A stretch of 64,000 bases of DNA, taken from Callorhinchus milii (taxonomy: Eukaryota). The DNA lies in contig NW_024704746.1 of NCBI RefSeq assembly GCF_018977255.1, positions 32,860,001-32,924,000 of the forward strand, written 5' to 3'. The translations under genes were made by a program, and so were the position numbers. Of the stretch, positions 27,852 through 37,294 are shown one piece after another (position 1 is the first letter of the stretch; every line of letters begins with the position of its first letter). The notes under the pieces were generated by a model. The model worked only from the letters and a program-made list of their open reading frames with translations, was not told the origin of the DNA and did not search any database.

Positions 27852-28854
27852 TGTCATGAGCTTTTCTCCCAGTATCATTGTCTGTAGAAGATATGGCCTA
27901 TTGGTTAAGTAAAAAGAACATTTTGTAAAAGCGATGAAATATTTCTGAAAATAGCTACAGAAAACTGGAAGCTGAAGCCATGTAATACATCTGCTTCTCA
28001 TTCTCTCTTTTAGAGCTGCTAAGCTTGAAAGGAAGGAACATACCAACGATTAAGAGAGCAGAACTGGTGTGAGATATCAATTCCTCTGACATGTTTATTT
28101 TTCTTTCACAAATTGAAGAATGCATTTTAAAGTATTCCTAGTGTGGGTTGCATCTGTCATTAAGTCCTCTTTGTTTGAGTGATTGCACTGAAAAGCTGTT
28201 TGATTTTCCGACTGCTTAGCATGGGTGAAATAAAAGTCAAAATAGTGATACAGTATATTTCTACCAGCTGTTTAAACAGTGGCAACTCAAAATTACATGT
28301 ATATTGCATTCTACGTCAACTAGCAATAAATTCCAAAGTTGCATCTAGGTTTAACACTTTTCTCACAAAATGATTGTTTACAGCACGGCAGAGGCCATTC
28401 AGATCATTCTATCTGTGGTTGCACTCATATGTAGTTTCCCCTTTTGGGAGTTACTTTTTGTGAACGGAAGTATTCTCAGCATCACTAATGCTATCTGGCT
28501 TAGACAATGTATCAGAACTGGGCAAGAGTTACATAAGAACTTGCAAGATGAAAACATGTGCAAGGCTCTACATAGAATACAGATAAATTATCTGCGTTCA
28601 GAGTAACTTTTATCTTGGCAACCGAAGATCCTTGTTTTGTTTCTTAATGGATGTTCTTCAGTTAAGAGCTAAGAAGGTGTGAAATCTGGTTTAGATTGCC
28701 TCTGCAGAGATAAGAAAAGGGGTTTGGGCCATCCAGTCTTGTCTCACTGAATTATTTACTGTTCCAAATATCCCGTTCCCATTCTAAACTGTGGATGTGT
28801 GTAAAATGCGATGTTATGAAGATAATATTACATGTGTTGTGTTGTCATTGCATA

Positions 28855-29685
28855 TAACAAGAACAACAAGATTTCATTTATAGAGCGCCTTTCACGTCGG
28901 GAGGACGTCCCAAGGCGCTGGACAGTTGGGTCAGGACCCAAGCAGGGGGGAAATGGTCAGGGTGAGGGGAGGGAAGGGAGGTAGCGAGGAGGGGGTAGAG
29001 AGTCGAGAGGGGAGCTGAAGGCACGGTTGAAGAGAAAGGTTTTGAGACCGGCCTTGAAGGAAGAGAGGGAGGAAGCGGCGAAGGCACTGGGGGATGGAGT
29101 TCCAGAGCCTCGGGGCTGAGAGGCTGAAGGCCCGACCACCGATGGTAAGGCGATTGGGGCGGGGGACGTGGAGCAGACCGGAGCCGGAGGAACAGAGGGT
29201 ACGGGCAGGTAGGTAGAGGGATAGTAGGTCAGAGAGGTAGGAGGGAGCAAGGCCGTGAATGGCCTTATAGGTGAGGATGAGGATCTTGAATTCGATCCTC
29301 TGGGGGATGGGGAGCCAGTGGAGGCGAGCGAGGGTGGGAGTGATGTGGTCGTGAAGCCTGGTGCGGGACAGTACACGAGCTGCAGAGTTCTGAATGACCT
29401 GCAGCTTGTGGAGGGAGGTGCCAGGAAGGCCGACGAGGAGAGAGTTCCCATAGTCCAGCCTTGAGGTGATAAAGGCGTGGACCAGAGTTTCAGCAGCGTG
29501 AGGGGTGAGGTAGCGCCGTAGTCTGGCGATGTTTTGTAGGTGATGGAAGGTGGTGCCAGTTGTGGCGCGGATATGAGGAAGAAAGGACAGCTCAGGGTCG
29601 AACAGAACCCCGAGGTTCCTGACCGGCTTTGAGAGGTGGAGAGTGCAGCCTTGGATGCTGATGCTGTCAGCGCCTGAGACAACAC
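28855..29685 (-). mobile_element. L2-clade LINE 3' fragment, weakly diverged
   Basis: ORF encodes VRNLGVLFDPELSF, SRLDYGNSLLVGLP, LQVIQNSAARVL and HITPTLARLHWLPIPQRIEFKIL, the typical L2 ORF2 C-terminus, followed by the 3'UTR and a (TTG)-type tail. Confidence 0.95.
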
Positions 29686-29827
29686 AACAGATAAGATTGA
29701 TCACTTACTTGGTTGGCAGTTTGTCGGACATTGCTGTAAGCAAATTGACTGCCTCGTTCACACTACACTGCGTACTAAATTCTGTGAAGCACTTTGCGAC
29801 ATCGTCCTGGAATAAAAGGTGCTATAT

Positions 29828-30135
29828 TAGGAACATAGGAACAAGAGTAGGCCAATTAGCCCCTCGAGCCTGTTCCACCGTTCTATAAAATCTTGGCTGA
29901 TCTGTACCTCAACTCCAATTACACCCCCTTGCCCCATATCCCTAGATACCCTTACCTAACAAAATTCTATCCACCTCAGTCTTCAAAGTTTGAATAGATC
30001 CATCACCCCCAGCCTTTTGGAGAAGAGAGTTCCAGATTTCCACTACCCTTTGAGTGAAAAAATGCCTCCTGATTTCACTTCTAAATAGCCTCGCTCTAAT
30101 TTTAAGACTATGCTCCCTTGTTCTGGATTTCACCC
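29828..30135 (-). mobile_element. CR1 3' end
   Basis: SRTREHSLKIRARLFRSEIRRHFFTQRVVEIWNSL, plus a 3'UTR ending in ctcttgttcctatgttcct. Confidence 0.88.
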
Positions 30136-30646
30136 ATCAGAAGAAATGGTTTCTCTGTAGATTATTAAATACAATTATTATTATATACATAATGGGACAA
30201 ATTGCCTTGGGTGTTGTCAATTTCAGGAGAAGAATGTTAGATTTTCTAGGTGAATCTACTTGGTGAGTTAGTAATAACAAATTTAGTGAGTTGGGGGTAA
30301 GATTATCTTCCTCTGATCTTATCTCTGCTAGTGTTATCACTGCCATGAAAAGGGGAAACCAAGTAGATGACACACACACCCATTCGAACAGCACCTGATT
30401 TATTTTTATTTTATCTGTGCCATCTAGCAGAAGCTCCAATTTATTGTTCCTTCCAGCACTACTTTTGCCTATTCACCATCTGGAACAGCAGAGTGACTCT
30501 TTTGGTGTTCTATGCCATTTACCACAGTAGCAAACATTTGATTCCAAACTCATAAATGTGTCTTGCAGATTATTAAACATTTTTCTTTGAAATAAACTCT
30601 CACGTTTAAAATGGAAAAAGATAGGACTGAAATATAATGTTTTCGA

Positions 30647-31140
30647 ACAACAATAACAGAAAAAATTACATTTATAGAGCGCCATTCACGTTGGGAGGAT
30701 GTCCCAAGGCGCTGGACAGTCAGGACCTGAGCATGGGCGAAGGGGGGTTCGGGGTGAGGGAAGGCAGAGAGATGGGAGGGCGACCGAAGGCACGATCGAA
30801 GAGAAGGGTAATGAGACCGGCCTTGAAGGAGGCGAGGGAGGAAGCGAGGAGAAGGGACCGTGGGATGGAGTTCCAGAGTATGGGGGCAGAGAGACTGAAA
30901 GCCCGGCCACCGATGGTAGGACGGGTTGGGCAGGAGACATGGAACAGACCGAAGCCTGGTGAACGGAGGGAGCGGGCAGGTTGGCAAAGAGTCAGCAGGT
31001 CAGAGAGGTAGGAGGGGGCAAGGCCATGGATGGCCTTGAAAGTGAGGACAAGGATCTTGAATTCGATCCTCTGGGGGATGGTGAGCCAGTGGAATCGGGC
31101 AAGAGTAGGAGTGATGAGGTGACGGAGCCTGGTGCGCAAA
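30647..31140 (-). mobile_element. L2 LINE 3' fragment
   Basis: ITPTLARFHWLTIPQRIEFKILVLTFKAIHGLAPSYLSDLL...GGRAFSLSAPILWNSIP. Confidence 0.93.
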
Positions 31141-31247
31141 AGTACACAACATAACGCACTGACATCTGCACACCGCAAAAAAAAATTAAATCTTCTGTGA
31201 ATTGCCATTCAAATTACCAGAAATAGAACCTGCTAGTGATTTTCAAT

Positions 31248-31258
31248 TTTATTTTATT
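31248..31258 (-). promoter_or_regulatory. Candidate KITLG polyadenylation signal (overlapping AATAAA x2)
   Basis: Minus strand reads tgcaatgtgtttttAATAAAATAAAattg. Confidence 0.55.
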
Positions 31259-32780
31259 AAAAACACATTGCAAGTAGTAAATATTGCTGAAATGTAATGT
31301 ATAAAACCTCCCCCCAAAATAAAAAAACTATCCGCAGCAGAATTTATGGAATTGATCCGGTTAAACTACCCTTTTAAGTTAAACACAATAACATTTGCAT
31401 TATTCCTTTCAAACATGGCAACCAACATTTTGACTACAAATATATCATTTGGCGTAAACAGATACTTGTGATCAACTCATTCTCCACTTAAAAGTAAATG
31501 TACTGACCAGCGACCAGTAGGTGCCCAACCTACAAAGTTAGTAAATTTACTCACGTTAGAGAAATTGTCCTAATTGTGCACAATTGTTTGTTAGTTTGTT
31601 TCCTAGCAAGTTTGTTTTTATTTCAAAAAGAAGCACGTTCATGCGATCAAACTTCAGCCATTTAAAGCATTATTAGCCAAGGTGATATATCAAAAAGAAA
31701 AAAAGAAATGGGGTGATTTGGGTTGAGGGTGAGAATGTTACAAAAACCTTGGAGAAAATCTTTCGGCCATGGAATCATTCTTCACTGGTTATATAATTTT
31801 ATGATCATTTATTTCTAGTTTGTTTTACTTTTTAAAAAAATGTTCTGCGTGAGAAATAAGAAAAATCTCACACTTCTCTCTGACAGAACTCTGAACCGAA
31901 CAGATTTAAACTTTGTAAATTTGAAAACAATTGTGGGTTTTGGGTAGAATTGTGTCAACTCCCGAATCGGGCTCCACAAGCCTATCACCCCCATCGGCTC
32001 CCCATCCCCCAGCAGATCAGGTTCAAGATCCACATACCTTGAAATCCCTCCATAGTACCTCCTCTGCAAACTCCTCAAACCATACAAACCATTCTCCCGT
32101 TCATGCGTGACATGAACAACGCTGTATAAATATTAAAAAATAGTCTAAAAATGTAATTTGTTGTTGTTGTTGTTGGTTGTTGCTGTTTTAGCCTATTTCT
32201 TCCTTACTCTCTGGAACTCCATCCCAGAGTCCTTCCAATTTGCTTCTCTCCCTCACCTCTTACCAGATCCATTTAAACCGCTCGTTGACTACTCCTTCAG
32301 TCACTTTTCCCTTCTCACACCATCAGTTCCCACCCAAATCTTGTGTGCCAAGTGACTTGGGATGTCCTAATTGTGCACAATTGTTAAGCACCGTCCAATG
32401 TCCTTCCAACATGAAGTGCGCTACGTGAATGTAAATTTGTATTATTATTTGTGTAAGAATCAGAATGCATGATTTTTAAAACTTTAATTGTGTAACATTT
32501 CCCACTGTTCTTACCACCCAAAACTATTTGTGTCAATGTGAAGAAGTGTGCAAAGTGTGAGTGTTATATTTGTAGCTCAAAATATTTATCAGTTACTGTC
32601 AGACCATAGTTTACTTCTGGTTCCATACATTCATACTTATCGTTAAACTTTTGAGGCAAAAAATAATTGTTTGTAAGTACAAACACTCTGACCATGTGCG
32701 CCTCTAATTGGAGAATCATACTTAATGGATATTTGGCAAAGACTCTATCCTTAGTGGCAACAGGTATTCACCCTTTGCCA

Positions 32781-33108
32781 TAATAATAATAATAATAATA
32801 ATCCTTGCATTTGATATAGCGCTTTTCACGTCGGGAGGACGTCCCAAAGCGCTTCACAGAACACACTGTAAAGTGAATTGACTGTATATTTGTGGGCGAA
32901 CGTGGCAGCCAATTGCGCACAGCAATGTCCCACAAACAGTCGTAGATTGAAAATGACCAATTGTATTATTGTTTTTGGGTTTTGGAGGGATTATTATTAG
33001 GGCTCTGTGTGGAGTAAGGAAACTTGCCCAAGGTTTGGCCCTCTGCCTGGAATTGAACTCAGGTCTCTCGCTTGCAAAGCGAGTGCTCTAACCACTGAGC
33101 TACAGGAC
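32781..33108 (-). mobile_element. Young full-length tRNA-Ala SINE inside the predicted KITLG 3'UTR
   Basis: Near-identical reverse complement of 27528-27851, in sense orientation to KITLG. Confidence 0.93.
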
Positions 33109-34037
33109 ACACATATATTTTCATCTACAATTATTTATAATTTTTAATTTCATAATTCTATTTTCCAATCCAGTTACTTGACAACATAGGCTTCTATTAG
33201 CCAATTTTTAAACTTTTGAGGCAAGAAATAATTGTTTGTAAGTACTATCACTTTGGATTAAGAGTTCAGTGGTGAACAATGGTAGCGAGATTAGTGAACG
33301 TTCCCAAATTGTCAGTAAATGTACTAATTAACAAAGAAGCATTCCCTTTTCTTATGATACCGATTTATTCGAGAATTTATTTAAGCATAAAAATCCTTGC
33401 ATTTGATACAGCGCCTTATTGCGTCGTTGAGACTTCTCAAAGCTCTTCACAGAATATATTGTAAAGTGGATTGACTGTGTATTTTATGGACAAAACGTGG
33501 CAGTCAACTGCGCACAGCAGTGTCCCACAGTCGTGGATTAAGTGATCAAATTTTTTTATTTATTATCCCTGGAAAGTAATCCGCCAATCGACTAACAACT
33601 GGGTTCCTACTTAATTTAAATGATAATAATCAATTTAAATGACCAAATATTGTCAACTCCTATGCGTTTTGGAAATCTACAAGGTATCTTCTAGGTCTGA
33701 AAACTATAAATTTGCTTTTTCTTTTGAAATCACTCTTAGATGCATGTGCATTGTTGGCAGAAAGGATAATTTCTTCTTTCTGACAATTGAGAAACTGACA
33801 ATCCGACACATCTGGAAACTGATAGGCTTAAAATAATGAAACCAAATTATTCCCGTAATGTTCACAACTCATTATCATCATGTTTACATCATCTGCTTAG
33901 TCTCAAAGAATTCTAAAGTACCAAACCCTTCCCTATCGATATCTAATAGAATTTAATCTGTTTTGGTAGAATTAAGTTCACTTAATAGCACAAATGCTCT
34001 TATGTCAAAGCAGATTTTAATGTGAACACTTGAACAT

Positions 34038-34693
34038 TTCTGCATCTAGCCTATTTGTGAAATGCCTTATTGTCAAACTGCTTTGTATTATGAGAGTAGT
34101 TATGAACACCGAGTTAAAGCTTTATTTCCTTCACATCTGTTTCACTACGTTTTTCCAACCATTTCTATTTTGTGTTGCCTTCCTTGAAGTATATCTACAT
34201 CTTCTCATGTTCTTGATTCACTCTTAATTCCACTGTTACCCTTTTCAGTCGTTTGATGAGCCGACTTGATGTCACAGCCTGATAAATGTGAATTTGACTA
34301 GCAAATTAGGATTGATCATAAGAGGACTCCACTGTAGAACCATAAGCATGGACTGTTCAGCCAAAATGTCCACTTGGCACTGGTGGAGAACATTCTTCAA
34401 AGTAGAACACCGGAAGATAAAGCTAGAAGTCCTTCACATTAATTCCATCTCTTGCGCCATACCGAAAGGGGAATATACATGTCCAGTAAAACTGCTTCGA
34501 ATAAGAAGCAAAAAAAAACCTGCAAATAAGAGATACAAGAATGAAAAAGTTTCCAATAAAATATCCATAATGTCTTTAACATGTAGTGAAATAGATGTGA
34601 AGGAACTAAAGGTTTAACTCAGTGGTCATAACTACTCTCATAATACAAAGCAGTTTGGCAATAAGGCATTTCACAAATAGACTAGATACAGAA
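34038..34693. repeat. Long inverted repeat, arms 34038-34148 and 34583-34693
   Basis: Arms align by eye over 111 nt with 8 substitutions and no gaps. Confidence 0.95.
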
Positions 34694-36449
34694 TGATCAC
34701 ATAGGTTAGAACCTGTGTCCTGTTCTACTGTCTCATTGCATCCCAAAGTTGTTCTGGGTTCACTTTTTCAAACCCATTTAAAATTTTGTATATCCAGACA
34801 AGTTTCCTTCAGTAGCACTGCAATAATCACCAATTATGAAGTTAAACTGATCTTAATTATCAAGCTCGGCTGTGACTATCACTGTTTAGCACACTTGAAC
34901 AAGTATAAAAGGAACTCTGACTTCAGAGATGGGTTTATAACAAATTTCAAAGCTACGTCCCTAAAATCATTGCAAAGAAACTGCTTCAAAAACACTATGC
35001 AACTCCTGGCTATGATGACAGAAATATTTGGCTTAGGTCCATCTGTCCTAACCTTCATACCAGAGAACTGGAATGCCTGGAAAGATCAAAGTCATTGTAG
35101 AAAAAAAGGATAAATATGGTGTCAGAAATGGCACTTGGCCACCTTGGCAGAGGTTATTGTCATTGAAAACTAACACTAGTTACTAGATGCACTTAGTTGT
35201 AAAAGTCTTCCGGTATATGTCTAATAGATGTCTCCAACCTTCACATTTAACCTGCTCTTTCAAAACATGTTAAGGCAGTGACCATTGAATAAAATCCTAT
35301 GTAATAAGGGAATGTACAGGACCTGAAAACATGATTACAATCTATTTGGCTCATTCTAAAGTTATTCTTTTTAAATCTCATACTATCTTTCATAACCATC
35401 AAATAACTTGTTTGACAGAAAGCTACCTGATACTCTCTTTGCAGACACATTCTGTCTCGGTGGCAGTTAACCTATTTCACACTTCACCACTTCTCTGTGC
35501 AAAATAATTCAATCTGAACTGTCTATCATCTTCTTTCTTCTGAGCTCAAGTTCCTGTCTCCATGTTAATTTTTTGCTGTGCTCATTGAAAGTGTCATTCC
35601 ATTTATTGGATTTGCAGGCCCCTTCGGAGTAAGATTATAGCTTAATTATGGGAGGAACATTCTGGTTGTTGGGTGCAGTTATTTCAAATAAAACCCCAAT
35701 AATGATTAAGACAAATTCTTAAACATAAGATTAAACTGTGACACTGGGAAATTCCATGCTGACTAACCTTTCAAAGTGTTTAGGAACCGATCAATATTTT
35801 TTAGCTTTCTATTTCCTGATAATAGCGGCTCATCAAAGTCGACATGTTCCAGATTGGGCCTAGAATTCAATGTGTAGGTGGATAAAATGGAGAAAATGGT
35901 ACTCGAAGCTTTAAAGGGAGGGCCACTTCATTGATGTCGAAATCCTGTGGATTGTCCGCAAGTCATGTGGAGGAGGGCTGTTGTCAGCTCTGGCCATCAG
36001 CCTACAGATTCTGTGGCCAGGGCTAAAGTATAGGGCGGAAATATATTCCCTGGTGAATGCTGTTCACAGCACCTGCCAGAGAAGCAATATTTTTACCAGA
36101 AATCAGGAACATTTCAGTGGGTCATGAGCAAGGAAAATGATGAATACAATCGAGGAGTCAGAAATAAATTGCACTAAAATCCTCAGATCAACGCAACAGC
36201 ACACAGCTCTCTGTCACCATATATTCAAGTGAATCTGTTCAGGAGCATGTTGTTGAGTAATGTATATCAATGTCATTTAAAATGATACATGACTGTTCTG
36301 TGCTCACTCTTCCTCCCTGCAGAAAGTTGCCAAAATCTTTTAAGATACATATATCAGGCAGCCATTTATGAGAATTTGTCTGTAAAAAAGAATTATGGTT
36401 GGAAAAATCGAAGTAATAAATTACCTACCACATTGCCTCTTGTATAGCT

Positions 36450-36507
36450 TTATGTCATGGATTGTGCAGGTTCACACATAAACTGGGTTTGCACTTCATT
36501 TTCCTCC
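36450..36507 (-). CDS. KITLG: KITLG last coding exon (approx. exon 9); exon continues as UTR to a donor at about 36429
   Basis: ggttttacag| acceptor in phase 2; encodes EENEVQTQFMCEPAQSMT* with TAA at 36452-36450, then TG|gtaggt donor. Stop-then-short-UTR-then-intron layout matches recalled mammalian KITLG. Confidence 0.68.
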
Positions 36508-37267
36508 CTGTAAAACCAGATCAAGGTGAGCATTACTTTCCTGGCAAGAAACCAAATGCTTTTAACGACCTTGATGTATCAGAAATGCCAAATTTTACTT
36601 TAACTGAATTAATTACTACCATTATACTGGAGTGGTCAGTGCACAACACAACCTTAAATGATTTCAATGGATTATATGATGTCTCAGGTCATTTGGTTCA
36701 CTTTGGGATTAGCAGTTTTGTGGCCATCACTATTTAGACAGCACTTCAAAGTTGCAATTTGCACTTCCCAATCCAATGGCATCCCAGCCTGCAACCAGTG
36801 GTAGGCAATCCTTTTGGTTGGTCAACAAAATAAAATAAAATAGATGTATGCCATAAATCAAGAAATATTCAATCAACAGACATTTTTTTGTGGGCCAACC
36901 AAAGAGGACATTTTACATGACTATAGATGGGCGCTGCAAATAACAACGGTGGAAATTAGGTTTAAAGTGCACTTGCCTTTGTGTAGTTTGTATTGAAGAT
37001 GGGCCCCAGAGAGGGCTGAAAATGGATTAACACAACTCCTAACCCACTGGCGGGCCATAAAAAGGCTTTCATAAGGCGTGATAATGGCTTATAAATTACT
37101 ATAAAGGGTTTCAATTGCTCATAATTGCTCATGTCCAGGAAGCAAACCGTTTGACTGAGTGAATGCACAGTGAAAGGCTAACACCTGGTTTATAGCCTGG
37201 ATTGGAATTTTATCTGTGCTTTGGAGTAAATGATGTGGGCAGCGACATGATGACCCAGAAGTTAGTT

Positions 37268-37294
37268 CACACACACACACACACATACACACAC
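37268..37294. repeat. (CA)n microsatellite; other simple repeats at about 55182-55237 (TA/TATG) and 61537-61564 (GA)
   Basis: Directly visible. Confidence 0.9.

Larger units (their letters stand above)
31230..34519 (-). other. KITLG: KITLG non-coding terminal exon (3'UTR, about 3.3 kb)
   Basis: Strong acceptor ttcattcttgtatctcttatttgcag| (AG at 34521-34520); AU-rich body; tandem AATAAAATAAA at 31258-31248. The 3' end is approximate. Confidence 0.62.

Noticed and set aside
27528-33108. Inverted pair of young SINEs as a dsRNA element in the KITLG mRNA
   Set aside because: The plus-strand copy lies about 3.4 kb beyond the predicted poly(A) site, so pairing would need read-through; the two copies inside the UTR have the same orientation.
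35247-35500. Minus-strand ORF MCLQREYQV..., superficially like the KITLG tail MLQEKEREFQEV
   Set aside because: The context (cacagagaagtggtgaagtgtg) looks like a decayed CR1 end and there is no proper pyrimidine tract; the 36507 exon fits phase and layout better.
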